DNA from: Patescibacteria group bacterium
GTDB lineage: Bacteria; Patescibacteriota; Patescibacteriia; UBA10025; JAHIVO01
Length of the DNA stretch: 64,000 bases
Assembly: GCA_041660605.1 (NCBI GenBank)
Contig: JBAZWB010000003.1
Location: 82,680 to 146,679 of the forward strand
Direction of reading: 5' to 3'
Part shown: positions 9,736 through 20,407 of the stretch, piece by piece
How positions within the stretch are numbered: the first letter of the stretch is position 1
Layout: each line of letters begins with the position of its first letter
The notes under the pieces: model-generated
The model's input: the letters and a program-made list of their open reading frames with translations, nothing else
What the model was told of the DNA's origin: nothing
The model's database searches: none
Translations under genes and position numbers: made by a program

Positions 9736-10305
9736 TTATCTGCCCAGCAGCACCGACAGCAAAGCCAGCTCTAATATTAAAACGTAAAGTTTTTGCACCG
9801 GGGAATGGAATGGCCTGGCTTTTTTTAAATCCGCCCGGAAGGCTAGATTAGCAATAGCCCAGACTATAAAATATACTATGAAAGCAACGATATTTACGCG
9901 GAGCAGCCAGGAGTGGTATTCCAGATTAATGACATAAAGCGCCAAGTTCAAGCCAAAAACCGACAGCATCACCAGAAAGCCATGCAGTACTTGCTGAAAT
10001 TTTTCATAAGGAAAGACTATCGTGCCGATCAGGGACAGGGAACCGATAATGCCCGCGATTTGTATCAGCAGAATGTGGTTATCAACAAAATTACCGATAC
10101 TCAACCAGACGACGCTGTAGCCCAAGCCGAAAATAACCGTACCGCTGACGTTGAAAAAGCGCGAAACAAAACCATTCTTCGAATATGCCAGATCGCTGTA
10201 GTAATTCCACCAATAGCGGTAGGGCTTATAAAAAGTCGCCATGGACAGATGGGTGCCGAGAAAATATAATACTAGCGCTAAAATGCCAATGATTATTATA
10301 GCCAT
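9736..10305 (-). CDS. DUF998-like membrane protein
   Basis: Y..WWNYYSDLA, GTIVFP...LHG, QK motifs with about 6 TMs. Confidence 0.6.
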   Translation of the reverse strand: MAIIIIGILALVLYFLGTHLSMATFYKPYRYWWNYYSDLAYSKNGFVSRFFNVSGTVIFGLGYSVVWLSIGNFVDNHILLIQIAGIIGSLSLIGTIVFPYEKFQQVLHGFLVMLSVFGLNLALYVINLEYHSWLLRVNIVAFIVYFIVWAIANLAFRADLKKARPFHSPVQKLYVLILELALLSVLLGR

Positions 10306-10318
10306 GTGAGAGTTAAAA

Positions 10319-11509
10319 TTATTTTACCAGTTTTATAAATTTACGCTTGCCAACCTGCAGCACCTTGCCGGCACCGGCCTTGATAACGGCTTGCCAATCT
10401 TTAACCAATTTCTGGTCATAACGCACGCCTCCCTGAGTGACCAGGCGGCGGGCCTCACCTTTGGATTTAGCCAGATTGGCCTCAGTAATCAATTCTATAA
10501 TGGCATACTGACTTTTTGTCGCTTTGAATTCCGGTATGCTGCTTGGCGCCTTTTTGTTTTTAAAAACCTGGTCAAACTCCGCGGCCTCAGCCTGCGCATT
10601 TTTATCGCCATGATACATCGCTACCAGCTCCTTAGCCAGTAAAAACTTATAATCACGGGGATTGGCGCCTTTTTTGATAGCCTGATCAAACTCAACAATT
10701 TTTTTCAGTGATAAATCCGTCAGCAAGGTAAAAAACTTGATAATCAGCCCGTCGGGGATGGACATCACCTTGCCGAACATATTTTGCGGAGAATCCGACA
10801 AATCTATGGTATTTCCCGTGCTTTTGCTCATTTTTTTCTGGCCATCAGTGCCTTCTAACAGCTGCACGGTCATGATATCCTGTGGCGGCTGGTCATAATG
10901 CGGCTGCAGGGTTCTGGCCGCCAGCATATTGAAAGTCTGGTCAGTGCCGCCCAGCTCCACGTCCGCCCGCAGGGCTACTGAATCATAGGCCTGCAGGATT
11001 GGATACATCATTTCATGGACCCAGAGAGGTTTTCTAAGCTGGATCCTTTTTTTAAACATATCGCGCTCCAGCATTTGATTGACGGTAAAACGGCTGGCTA
11101 CGGAAAAAAGCTCGGCAAAGTCCATATTGCCATGCCACTCGGAATTATGCCTGATTTCCACTTTTTTCAGATCCAATATCTTGCCAACCTGCTCCTTATA
11201 TAATTTCATGTTCTCCGTAATCTGTTCTTTGGTCAAAGGCTGACGCGCTGACAGGCGGTCAGAGGGATCGCCGATCTGCGCGGTAAAATCACCGATTAAA
11301 AAAATAACTTGGTGCCCCAGGTTCTGGAAAGCCTTCAATTTTCTCAGAACTACAGAGTGCCCCAAATGTATTTTTGGCGAGGTGGGATCAACTCCGAACT
11401 TGATGCGCAGCTTCTTGCCTGAGATCAATTTTTCTGATAAACTTTTCTGCACGATTACTTCTTCTACCCCCCGGGACAGAATCTCTTCAGTTAGCACTTT
11501 TTTATCCAT
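10319..11509 (-). CDS. tyrS: Tyrosyl-tRNA synthetase
   Basis: GVDPTSPKIHLGH, GGTDQTFN, KMSKS, C-terminal S4 domain. Confidence 0.96.
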   Translation of the reverse strand: MDKKVLTEEILSRGVEEVIVQKSLSEKLISGKKLRIKFGVDPTSPKIHLGHSVVLRKLKAFQNLGHQVIFLIGDFTAQIGDPSDRLSARQPLTKEQITENMKLYKEQVGKILDLKKVEIRHNSEWHGNMDFAELFSVASRFTVNQMLERDMFKKRIQLRKPLWVHEMMYPILQAYDSVALRADVELGGTDQTFNMLAARTLQPHYDQPPQDIMTVQLLEGTDGQKKMSKSTGNTIDLSDSPQNMFGKVMSIPDGLIIKFFTLLTDLSLKKIVEFDQAIKKGANPRDYKFLLAKELVAMYHGDKNAQAEAAEFDQVFKNKKAPSSIPEFKATKSQYAIIELITEANLAKSKGEARRLVTQGGVRYDQKLVKDWQAVIKAGAGKVLQVGKRKFIKLVK

Positions 11510-11577
11510 AATTATTTTTTCCTTCATTTATATTATAGCTTAATTCTGTTATAATAAAAAGGCTAATCTAAAACATT

Positions 11578-12474
11578 ATGGCAACTTACACGCTGGGTCT
11601 AGATGTCGGCGGCACTAAAATTCAGGCTGGCCTGGTTAACCAGCAAAATCGGATTATTGCCAGCAAGAAATTTATCATAAATAACCACAATAAAAAAACC
11701 GTGCTAACCGACATTTTGGCTAGCAGCGGCGGTTTATTTACTTCCCAGGTCAGAGGCATCGGCATCGGCATCACTGGACAGGTAAAAAACAAATCCGGCA
11801 TAGTAGTCAGCAGCCCAAACCTCCCGGCTGACTGGCATAATGTGCCTTTGAAACAGATACTAGAAAAAAGATTCAGGGTACCGGTTCATCTGGATAATGA
11901 CGCCAATTGCGTTGCCCTGGCTGAGGCGGTTGTCGGGGAAGGGAAGAAATATAATACCTGCCTGACGATAACGATCGGTACGGGGATCGGCGCGGGGCTG
12001 GTAATCAATAAAAAGATTTATCACGGCGCTCAGGGCATAATTGAATTCGGGCACACGACCATCGCCACCGGCTCGCCGGTCTGCAGCTGCGGGCGCTACG
12101 GGCACTTCGAAGCGCTGGTTTCCGGTTCAGCAGCGGTAAAAATTTATAAAAAAATCACCAAACAGACCAAAACCCCGTATCAGATAGAAGATGAAGCAGC
12201 ACACAACAAAAAAAATGCCCTGAAAGTATTTCAGCTTATGTCATGCCACCTGGCCATTGGATTGGCTAACGCGATTCACAGCTACAATCCCGATATCATC
12301 ATTCTTGGCGGCGGGATGTCGAAGGTCGGATTGCTTATTAATACCGCCATAAATTCCGTTAATGATAAAATAATATATCCGGAGTTGAAAAAAACTAAGA
12401 TTGTCGCTTCTAAGCTGAAATATCAGGCTGGCGTGATCGGTGCAGCCATTATTTGTTCTAAACAATACAGATAA
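11578..12474 (+). CDS. ROK-family sugar kinase (glucokinase-like)
   Basis: GLDVGGTK, NDANC, GTGIGAG, EFGH, CSCG..GHFE. Confidence 0.9.
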   Translation: MATYTLGLDVGGTKIQAGLVNQQNRIIASKKFIINNHNKKTVLTDILASSGGLFTSQVRGIGIGITGQVKNKSGIVVSSPNLPADWHNVPLKQILEKRFRVPVHLDNDANCVALAEAVVGEGKKYNTCLTITIGTGIGAGLVINKKIYHGAQGIIEFGHTTIATGSPVCSCGRYGHFEALVSGSAAVKIYKKITKQTKTPYQIEDEAAHNKKNALKVFQLMSCHLAIGLANAIHSYNPDIIILGGGMSKVGLLINTAINSVNDKIIYPELKKTKIVASKLKYQAGVIGAAIICSKQYR

Positions 12475-12480
12475 AATAAA

Positions 12481-15066
12481 ATGCCTATCCCCCAATTAAG
12501 AGATTCGAAGTTTCACATAAGAAAGATTGGCGAACGACTGGTAAAAAGAACCAGAGAGGGCCAAGGGAAAAAACCTTTGTTCAAGAGAATCCTTTCGCAT
12601 TGGCTGCAGATTCTGGTGGTATTTTTTTTAGTGATTGTTATCGGGATGATCGGCTTGTTTACCTGGGTCTCGCGGGACCTGCCCGATCCTAATAAAATTA
12701 TTGACCGGACTGTCGCTGAAAGCACGAAAATTTACGCTAACGACGGCAAAACTATACTATATGAAATTCACGGCCCTGAGAAAAGGACGATTATTCAGCT
12801 TGAGAACATTCCCGCCTACATGAAAGACGCCACTATTGCCGTTGAAGACAAGGATTTCTTCAAGCATGGCGGTTTCGACATCCCGGCCATCGGCATGGCC
12901 CTCTGCCATGAAGCATTCGGCAACCTGGGAGGACTGTGCCCTCCCCGCGGCGGCTCTACCATTACCCAGCAATTCGTTAAAAACGCGATACTCACTTCAG
13001 AACACTCATACACAAGAAAAATCAAAGAAATTATTTTGTCTTACCAGCTGGAAAAAAAATTTAGCAAAGATCAGATCCTGCAGCTATATTTAAATGAAAT
13101 ACCCTACGGTTCAACCGCCTACGGAGTTGAGGCGGCGTCCCAGACATTTCTTGGTAAATCGGCGAAAGATTTAACTCTGTCTGAGTCAGCTTTTCTGGCT
13201 GCCCTGCCTCAGCTGCCCACCTACTATTCACCGTTCGGCACGCATACTGACGAACTTTCCAACCGGCTGCATTTGATATTGGACCTCATGGTAACTCAGG
13301 GCTATATCACCAGAGACCAGGCCGATGAAGCAAAGAAGGACAACATTTTAGAGCGCCTTAAGCCTCCGAGTGAAAGCTTGCTGGCGCCGCACTTCGTGAT
13401 GTACGTGCGCGAGCTGCTCAGCGAAAAATATGGAGAAACCGTACTGGAGCAAGGCGGACTGAAAGTTACTACCACGCTGAATATTGATAAGCAGAGGATT
13501 GCCGAGGAAGTAGTGACAAAATACGCTGATAAAAATGCGACAAATTACAAAGCCAGCAATGCCGCCCTAGTTTCTCTGGATACAAAAACCGGCCAGATTT
13601 TAGCCATGGTCGGATCCAAGGATTATAACGACGAAAGCATAGACGGCAACGTAAATGTCGTTTTAAGGCCGCGGCAGCCCGGCTCTTCCTTCAAGCCGAT
13701 AGTCTATCTCACTGCTTTCCAAAAAGGCTATACTGCCGATACGATTCTCTTTGATCTGGTAACCAGATTCAAAACAGATACCAAAGATTACACGCCAAAA
13801 AATTATGATTTGAAAGAACACGGGCCCGTAACCATGCGCCAGGCCCTGGCCGGATCACTGAATATCCCGGCCGTGAAAACTCTTTATTTAGCCGGCATTG
13901 ATACTGTCATTGATACGGCGGAAAAGCTCGGCTATTCAACTTTTTCAGACCGCAGCCGCTTTGGCCTGTCCTTAGTGCTAGGCGGCGGCGAAGTGACGCT
14001 CTTAGACCATACTTCCGCCTATGCCACCTTTGCCAGAGAGGGAATCAGAAATCCGGTTACCGCCATTCTGAAAGTCGAGGATAAAAACGGAAAAATTCTG
14101 GAAGAATATAAAAACCACGAGGAAAGGGTAATAGACGAAAAGCCGGTCAGATTATTAAACAACATACTCTCAGACAATGGCGCGCGTGCCTACATTTTCG
14201 GAGCGGCCAACCACCTGACCCTTCCTGACCGCCCGGTCGCCGCCAAAACTGGCACTACCAATGACTATCATGACGCCTGGACTATCGGCTATACTCCGTC
14301 AATCGCCACCGGCGTATGGGTGGGCAATAACAATAATTCTGAAATGACGCGCGGTGCAGACGGCTCGGTGGTGGCAGCGCCTATCTGGCAGGAATACATG
14401 AAACGCACTGTCGGCGGTCCAGCAGAGCCATTCAAACAGCCTGATGCCAATAATTCCGAAAAACCGATACTGCGCGGAAACTATGGCGAAGGAGTAACCG
14501 TCAAAATTGACAAGACCACAGGCAAGACAATCCCCGATTCCTGCCTAAGCACTTACCCGGCTGAATTCATCCAGGAAAAAACTCTTAAGATTGCCCACGA
14601 TATCCTTTTCTATGTTGATAAGGATAACCCTCAGGGACCAGTCCCGGATGACCCTGCCAAGGATCCGCAGTTTGCCAATTGGGAAGAGCCTGTCCAAAAA
14701 TGGGCCAAGGAAAACGGCTACATAGACACGAAACCGCCTCAAGGCGACTGCAGCCTTCGAGCTAAGGAAAATTTTCCCGCCGTAGAATTTATTCAGCCGG
14801 CTAACGGTGCCACTATTAACACGCCGACTTTCACCATTGACTCTGCGCCAGCGCCTAAAACCGGCCATTATGTAAATAAGGTTGAATACTATCTTGATGG
14901 CAATCTGATCAAGACATTGACTAAGGTGCCGTTTACCGTCCATTATACTGCCACGGGATTACAAAACGGGTTTCATGATTTGGAGGTTAAAGTTTATGAT
15001 GAAGTTGGCAACCACGGATCCAGCAAAATCACCTTCAACTACCTGGTACCGGAAGCTGCACAATAA
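12481..15066 (+). CDS. Class A penicillin-binding protein (PBP1A family) with C-terminal Ig-like domain
   Basis: EDKDF, GGSTITQQ, RKIKE; SSFK, SLN, KTGT. Confidence 0.93.
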   Translation: MPIPQLRDSKFHIRKIGERLVKRTREGQGKKPLFKRILSHWLQILVVFFLVIVIGMIGLFTWVSRDLPDPNKIIDRTVAESTKIYANDGKTILYEIHGPEKRTIIQLENIPAYMKDATIAVEDKDFFKHGGFDIPAIGMALCHEAFGNLGGLCPPRGGSTITQQFVKNAILTSEHSYTRKIKEIILSYQLEKKFSKDQILQLYLNEIPYGSTAYGVEAASQTFLGKSAKDLTLSESAFLAALPQLPTYYSPFGTHTDELSNRLHLILDLMVTQGYITRDQADEAKKDNILERLKPPSESLLAPHFVMYVRELLSEKYGETVLEQGGLKVTTTLNIDKQRIAEEVVTKYADKNATNYKASNAALVSLDTKTGQILAMVGSKDYNDESIDGNVNVVLRPRQPGSSFKPIVYLTAFQKGYTADTILFDLVTRFKTDTKDYTPKNYDLKEHGPVTMRQALAGSLNIPAVKTLYLAGIDTVIDTAEKLGYSTFSDRSRFGLSLVLGGGEVTLLDHTSAYATFAREGIRNPVTAILKVEDKNGKILEEYKNHEERVIDEKPVRLLNNILSDNGARAYIFGAANHLTLPDRPVAAKTGTTNDYHDAWTIGYTPSIATGVWVGNNNNSEMTRGADGSVVAAPIWQEYMKRTVGGPAEPFKQPDANNSEKPILRGNYGEGVTVKIDKTTGKTIPDSCLSTYPAEFIQEKTLKIAHDILFYVDKDNPQGPVPDDPAKDPQFANWEEPVQKWAKENGYIDTKPPQGDCSLRAKENFPAVEFIQPANGATINTPTFTIDSAPAPKTGHYVNKVEYYLDGNLIKTLTKVPFTVHYTATGLQNGFHDLEVKVYDEVGNHGSSKITFNYLVPEAAQ

Positions 15067-15078
15067 AATAATTTAAAT

Positions 15079-15111
15079 AAAAAACGGGGTTGAAATTAAT
15101 CCCGTTTTTTT
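15079..15111. terminator. Bidirectional terminator between the convergent PBP gene and dnaN
   Basis: aaaaaacggg...cccgtttttt. Confidence 0.7.
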
Positions 15112-15119
15112 ATAATCAA

Positions 15120-16226
15120 TTACTGCTTGATCGGCATTATTATATACACGTAAGTATTGTCACTTTTCGGCCGCAGCAGTCCAGGCGTGGTATTGCTGCT
15201 CATTTCAAAAACGCATTCTTCGTCATTAATATTCTGCAGCCCATCAAGCAGATAACGGTAGTTAAAAATAATATTATTATCTTCGCCTTCCAGATCAGCC
15301 TCCTGTCTGGCTTCGCTTTCGCCTATCTGTAAATTATTGGCAGTCACTAATACCTCTTTTGCCCCAACGCTTAATTTCAGCATAATATCGTTACCGCCCG
15401 GCTTGCAAAAAAGGCTCGCTCTCTTAACCGTGTTAATGAAACTTTTCGTGTTCACTACCGCGCTAGTCCGGTGTTCCTTGGGAATAATTTGCTGATAATC
15501 GGGATATTTGCCTTCAATAATTCTCGAGGATAAATTGCATTCCCCAAAAGAAAATAAAATCTGATTCTCATTGACGGAAATAGTCACAGACTCTCCTTCC
15601 TCGCTGCCCAGAATCCTGATTAACTCCTGTATGGTACGCAGGGGAACAATGGCATTGTAAGGCTGGCTAACGTTTTTTCCCAGATCGATTTCCTTCTCCG
15701 CCAAACGGTAACTGTCGGTTGAAACCAGGGTAAGCTTATTGTCCGCAAATTGGAAATAGACCCCGCTGATTTCCGGGCGCGTTTCATCGATAGCCACAGC
15801 AAAAGAAACGGTCGATAAGGCGTCTTTCAACTGTTTTGTTTTGATCTGATAATTGCTGGCGGAAGCAACCTCGGGAATAAGAGGAAATTCTGAAGATTCC
15901 ACCCCTTTCATAACCGTTTTTGAGCCTTTTCCCTCGATTTTTAGGCTTTGATTATCCAATTCAATCGCCACGTTTTCTTTTGGCAGTAGGCTGATATAGT
16001 CGCTTAATGTTTTTGCCTGCACGGTGAACGACCCTTCTCTTTCTACCTTCCCCCTGACTTTACAAATAACGCCAATTTCCAGATTTGTGGTCATTAAAAT
16101 AATGCCTCCCTTTTCAGCTTTAATTAAAACGTTGTTTAAAATTGGCAGGGAAATATTTTTACTGGCAATATGACTGACGAGCTGCAGCCCCCTGTTTAAA
16201 TTTTCCTGTGTACATATTACTTTCAT
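15120..16226 (-). CDS. dnaN: DNA polymerase III beta clamp
   Basis: STDSYRLA, GKYPDYQQIIP, C-terminal IMPIK; downstream of dnaA. Confidence 0.96.
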   Translation of the reverse strand: MKVICTQENLNRGLQLVSHIASKNISLPILNNVLIKAEKGGIILMTTNLEIGVICKVRGKVEREGSFTVQAKTLSDYISLLPKENVAIELDNQSLKIEGKGSKTVMKGVESSEFPLIPEVASASNYQIKTKQLKDALSTVSFAVAIDETRPEISGVYFQFADNKLTLVSTDSYRLAEKEIDLGKNVSQPYNAIVPLRTIQELIRILGSEEGESVTISVNENQILFSFGECNLSSRIIEGKYPDYQQIIPKEHRTSAVVNTKSFINTVKRASLFCKPGGNDIMLKLSVGAKEVLVTANNLQIGESEARQEADLEGEDNNIIFNYRYLLDGLQNINDEECVFEMSSNTTPGLLRPKSDNTYVYIIMPIKQ

Positions 16227-16490
16227 ATTTATTTATTTATTAAATTAACTATATATATAGTAACGGAGTGGATAAGTGGAAAAGTTTTTTTAATGTTGCT
16301 TTTGGCTCGATGAAGCTTGGGTATAGTGAAGGAGTAAATTTATTTACAGTGTGGAGGAATCCTTAAGTGGGAGCTGGTTAGCGGTGGATCAATTGGGAGT
16401 AATTTTATTATTTTTTTCGTGTTGAATATATTTTATGGAAATATGCGCTTATGCTCCACATCTTTTACCAGCCTTATCCCCAAGCTAAAT
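16227..16490. other. Probable oriC, dnaA-dnaN intergenic part
   Basis: DnaA-box-like 9-mers agtggataa (16267), agtggaaaa (16275), tgtggagga (16350), tgctccaca (16452), ttatcccca (16474); AT-rich stretch next to the dnaN start. Confidence 0.75.
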
Positions 16491-17858
16491 TTATTTATTA
16501 TATAGGCGTTCCCGTATCAGGTTTATATCCTGTCTGATCTTTTCGTCTTCCTCAATGGCTTTTTTAATTTTCTGGCAGGCATGCATAGCTGTAGTGTGGT
16601 CCCGGCCGCCTAATTCCAGGCCGATAGCCGGGAAAGAGCATTTTGCTTCTTCGCGCATCAGAAACATAATAATCTGTCGCGGGGTAACCAGCTCCTTTTT
16701 GCGCCCGCTGCCCAGCAAGTTTTCTATAGAAGTATCAAAAAATTCAGAAACCGTAGAAATTATTTGTTTGGTAGTGATAGCGCCGTCTCTTTTGCGGTAG
16801 TTATTTAAGCTGGAAATTATATTTTTAACGGATTCCACGGTCGGCTCGGTTTTATTCAGCTGGTGGTAGGCAATAATCCTGTTCAGGGCGCCCTCAAGCT
16901 CGCGTACGTTGCTCTGGATGGAGCTGGCGATCAAAGCCATCACTTCCCTGGATAATCCGCATTTTTTCTCCTCGCATTTTGAGTTTAAGATAGCCACCCT
17001 GGTCTCGTAATCCGGCTGAGCGACATCGGCGATCATGCCCCATTCGAAACGGGAAATAAGCCTGTTTTCCAGAGCGGGAATGGCTTTAGGAGGGCGGTCG
17101 GAGCTTATGACTATCTGTTTGTTTTGCTGATGCAGGGCGTTGAAAGTATGGAAAAACTCTTCCTGAGTGCCCTCTTTCCCGGCCAGGAACTGGATGTCGT
17201 CAATCAATAGGAGGTCGGCCGCCCGATAAAAATCCTTGAAACTATTGGCGTTTCCCCGGGTAATGGCCCGGATAAATTCATCAGTGAATTTTTCGCACGT
17301 TACGTAAATTACTTTTTTATTTGGGGATTTTTTCAGCACTTCGTGGGCTACGGCCTGCAATAAATGGGTTTTTCCCAGCCCAGCTCCGCCGTATAAAAAT
17401 AGGGGGTTATAGACTTCACCCGGCTTCTGCGCTACTGCCTGGCAGGCGGCATGAGCCAGTTCATTACCCTTGCCAACCACAAAATTTTCAAAGGTGTACT
17501 GGCTGATCAGCCCGAAACCATTTTTCTTCCCGCCGTTTATTTCCGGAACTGCTGTGATTTGCTGAACAGGTTGGCCGGCGCTTATTTTTTCGTGAGAAAC
17601 TGGTTTTTTTGAAGATTCGACTATGTATGATATTTCTTTGACTTTATGGTCGGAAATATTATCGAGCGCCTTGGCTATTTCCTTATGGTATTTATTTTCC
17701 AGCCAGGTTTTGGTAAATGAATTTGGGGCGCCAATTACAACATTATCTCCTTCATACGAAGAGATGAAAGTATTTTTGAACCAGGTAGTGAAATTTGCCT
17801 TGCTAATCGAGAGTTCAAGTTCTCCTAATGCCGCCTGCCACAATTGTTCTTTGTCCAT
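16491..17858 (-). CDS. dnaA: Chromosomal replication initiator
   Basis: YNPLFLYGGAGLGKTHL, DDIQF, SRFEWG, GGRDHTT. Confidence 0.98.
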   Translation of the reverse strand: MDKEQLWQAALGELELSISKANFTTWFKNTFISSYEGDNVVIGAPNSFTKTWLENKYHKEIAKALDNISDHKVKEISYIVESSKKPVSHEKISAGQPVQQITAVPEINGGKKNGFGLISQYTFENFVVGKGNELAHAACQAVAQKPGEVYNPLFLYGGAGLGKTHLLQAVAHEVLKKSPNKKVIYVTCEKFTDEFIRAITRGNANSFKDFYRAADLLLIDDIQFLAGKEGTQEEFFHTFNALHQQNKQIVISSDRPPKAIPALENRLISRFEWGMIADVAQPDYETRVAILNSKCEEKKCGLSREVMALIASSIQSNVRELEGALNRIIAYHQLNKTEPTVESVKNIISSLNNYRKRDGAITTKQIISTVSEFFDTSIENLLGSGRKKELVTPRQIIMFLMREEAKCSFPAIGLELGGRDHTTAMHACQKIKKAIEEDEKIRQDINLIRERLYNK

Positions 17859-17899
17859 AAAATACGCAGTGAAAAATAAAGCGTACTATATATAGTATC

Positions 17900-18010
17900 A
17901 CAAATATTATTAATACAGAACACTTAATGTGTAGATTGTTTGTGCATAAGCTGTTGATAGCATGAGGACAATTCTTTTTGATTGACCTTAGGCGGATTAA
18001 TTGATATACT
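17900..18010. promoter_or_regulatory. dnaA/rpmH divergent promoter region with DnaA box
   Basis: tgtgcataa at 17941 matches TTWTNCACA on the minus strand; ttgacc...tatact promoter-like pair toward rpmH. Confidence 0.6.
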
Positions 18011-18056
18011 GGAGTAACTTCAAGCAATGGTTTTTTAGTATTCATTTTTGTAATAT

Positions 18057-18194
18057 ATGCCAAAAAGAACGTATCAGCCGAAGAAAAGACACAGACAGAG
18101 GGTCCATGGATTTAGGAAGAGGATGCGCACTAAAAATGGGCGGAAAGTGCTGGCCAGGAGAAGGAAAAGAGGACGCCGAATGCTTTCGCACTAA
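18057..18194 (+). CDS. rpmH: 50S ribosomal protein L34 (missing from the ORF track)
   Basis: Translated by hand: [45 protein letters not shown]. Confidence 0.96.
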   Translation: MPKRTYQPKKRHRQRVHGFRKRMRTKNGRKVLARRRKRGRRMLSH

Positions 18195-18198
18195 ATTT

Positions 18199-18543
18199 AT
18201 GCTACGCCGGCAATTTAGGATTACCAAAGAGGAGGACTGGGCCAGGCTGCATCGTTATGGCCGGACGGCGTTTTCACCGCAGTTAATATTGAAAATTTTG
18301 AAAAATCGTCTTCCGGAATCCCGTTTTGGCTTTTCTATCAGCACAAAAACAGTAAAGAAAGCGACTAAACGAAACCGCCTGAAACGCCAGCTGCGCGCCA
18401 ACATTGAAAATATGCGGACGAAGATTGTGCCCGGCTATGACGTTATTTTTATTATCAGGCCGGCGCTGCAGGAGTTGAGGCAGGCGGAGTTTCGTGATTT
18501 TTTGCTAAAATTGCTTAAAAAAGCCAGATTAATAGAACCCTAG
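18199..18543 (+). CDS. rnpA: Ribonuclease P protein component
   Basis: RFGFSISTK..KKATKRNRLKRQLR; synteny with rpmH. Confidence 0.93.
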   Translation: MLRRQFRITKEEDWARLHRYGRTAFSPQLILKILKNRLPESRFGFSISTKTVKKATKRNRLKRQLRANIENMRTKIVPGYDVIFIIRPALQELRQAEFRDFLLKLLKKARLIEP

Positions 18544-18544
18544 A

Positions 18545-18784
18545 ATGATAAATAAAATATTTTTAGCCATCATCAGAGTTTATCAAAAAACGATTTCGCC
18601 GGATCATGGAATTTTTGCCTATAAGCACCCATACGGTTACTGCCGCTTCCAGCCGACCTGCTCAGAATATGCATACCAGGCTATAGAAAAATATGGCTTG
18701 ATTAAGGGCTTTTTTCTCGCTACCAAACGGGTTTTAAAATGCAATCCATTTAATAAAAATATCGGAGTTGATCAATTAAAATAA
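18545..18784 (+). CDS. yidD: Membrane protein insertion efficiency factor
   Basis: YQKTISP, CRFQPTCSEY, KCNPF. Confidence 0.93.
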   Translation: MINKIFLAIIRVYQKTISPDHGIFAYKHPYGYCRFQPTCSEYAYQAIEKYGLIKGFFLATKRVLKCNPFNKNIGVDQLK

Positions 18785-19557
18785 TGATAAGTAATATTTA
18801 TAATTTGGTATTATTTGAGCCACTTTTCAATGGCTTGGTTTTTATTTACAATTTCATTCCGGACTTAGGAGTGGCGATAATAATTTTAACCTTAATTATC
18901 AAGGTAATATTATACTTCCCTTCCCGCTCTTCAATCAAATCCCAGAAATTACTGCAACAGGCCCAGCCGAAGCTCAAAATTCTGCAGGATAAATTTAAAA
19001 ATAATAAAGAAGAGCTGGGACGCCAGATGATGAAATTTTATAAGGAAAACAAGGTAAATCCGTTCTCCTCATGCCTGCCATTGCTCATACAATTGCCGAT
19101 TTTAATCGCCCTTTACCGGGTTTTTCTGGTAGCCGCCCAGACAGACGCCACCACCCATATTCTGGTCATAGATCAGCTGAAGCATTTGTATGAACCCCTG
19201 AGAAATATTTTCACTACCAAGGCGATAAACCCCACTTTTTTGGGGATTTTTGACCTTTCACAGAGTAAAAATTATCTGTTTGCCATATTAGCCGGCGCGG
19301 CGCAATTCTGGCAGACCAGAATGCTACAGGCAAAAATGCCTCCGAAACTGCCTGGTGCCAAGGATGAGAGCATGACGGCGGGCATAAACAAGCAAATGAT
19401 GTATTTTATGCCCATCATTACCGTATTTTTTGGCATTCAATTCCCCGCCGGTCTGACCCTTTACTGGCTGGTTTCCACGTTATTTACGGTGGCTCAGCAG
19501 TACTATATATTCAAGAAAGAAAATGATAAAAAGGATAAGGAAGTCGTTTCCCCATGA
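18784..19557 (+). CDS. yidC: Membrane protein insertase (short YidC/Oxa1 form)
   Basis: NPFSSCLPLLIQLP, PAGLTLYW. Confidence 0.93.
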   Translation: MISNIYNLVLFEPLFNGLVFIYNFIPDLGVAIIILTLIIKVILYFPSRSSIKSQKLLQQAQPKLKILQDKFKNNKEELGRQMMKFYKENKVNPFSSCLPLLIQLPILIALYRVFLVAAQTDATTHILVIDQLKHLYEPLRNIFTTKAINPTFLGIFDLSQSKNYLFAILAGAAQFWQTRMLQAKMPPKLPGAKDESMTAGINKQMMYFMPIITVFFGIQFPAGLTLYWLVSTLFTVAQQYYIFKKENDKKDKEVVSP

Positions 19558-19838
19558 GAATTTCCAAAGGAGATTTAATCGGATTGCCTGCCTATACTCT
19601 GTCAGAAAATTTTCTTGGCAAGGTCAGCGATTTCGACCTTGATCCGGTTTCGCATTTTATTACGCATTATCATATTAAGAGCGGCGATTTGATAAAGGGA
19701 TTGTTAAATCAGGAACTGCTGGTGGCCAAGGATCAGGTACTCTCTATTTCTAAGGAAAAAATGGTGGTAGAAGACAGTATAATTGAAAGTCAAGAAGCAA
19801 AAAAGCAGGTCCTGGAAAAACCCTTGGCGGCTAATTAA
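19554..19838 (+). CDS. PRC-barrel domain protein
   Basis: DLIGLPAYT.SENFLGKVSDFDLD. Confidence 0.75.
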   Translation: MRISKGDLIGLPAYTLSENFLGKVSDFDLDPVSHFITHYHIKSGDLIKGLLNQELLVAKDQVLSISKEKMVVEDSIIESQEAKKQVLEKPLAAN

Positions 19839-19859
19839 ATTTTTTTTGAAAACATAGAT

Positions 19860-20300
19860 TTATTCGCTATGTTTTTTTGTTATTTTTATTTTTCTGATGT
19901 TTTTATCAATGAAGAAAAAATTCAGCCATGTTTTTTCGTAGGGCTTTAATATTTTTTCAATGCGGTCCGCCCATTCAATGACAGTCACGGTATCCCGCCG
20001 CCCCAGGTACTCAGCCAACCCGGCTTCAATGATTTCCCCCGGTCTTTTCAGCCGATAGGCATCCACATGGCAGAAATATCTTATCAATTGACGTTTTAAA
20101 GGATGAATCTTCATTAAAACGAAACTAGGGCTGGAAATCAGATTTTTTACGCCTAAACCCCTGGCAAAGCCCTTGGTAAAACAGGTTTTTCCGCCACCCA
20201 GATCGCCAACCAGAGCGAATATTTCGCCAGCTTTAGTTTTTTTTGCTAATTTTAGCCCTAATTTTTGGGTATCTGCGGCTGATGTTGTGGTTATGGTCAT
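19860..20300 (-). CDS. tsaE: t6A biosynthesis ATPase
   Basis: GDLGGGKT, SPSF, HVDAYR, IEWA. Confidence 0.93.
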   Translation of the reverse strand: MTITTTSAADTQKLGLKLAKKTKAGEIFALVGDLGGGKTCFTKGFARGLGVKNLISSPSFVLMKIHPLKRQLIRYFCHVDAYRLKRPGEIIEAGLAEYLGRRDTVTVIEWADRIEKILKPYEKTWLNFFFIDKNIRKIKITKKHSE

Positions 20301-20407
20301 ATCATTATTTTACTTAATAATTCGCTGTCCGCCAACCTTGACAGACAAATACCCATCTTGTATACTAATTTATTCAACTTAAAATTTTTTTATCGTTTTG
20401 TTTAAAT

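Noticed and set aside
18001-18198. N-terminal extension of the 180-aa RnpA ORF
   Set aside because: Overlaps rpmH in another frame; the real start is 18199
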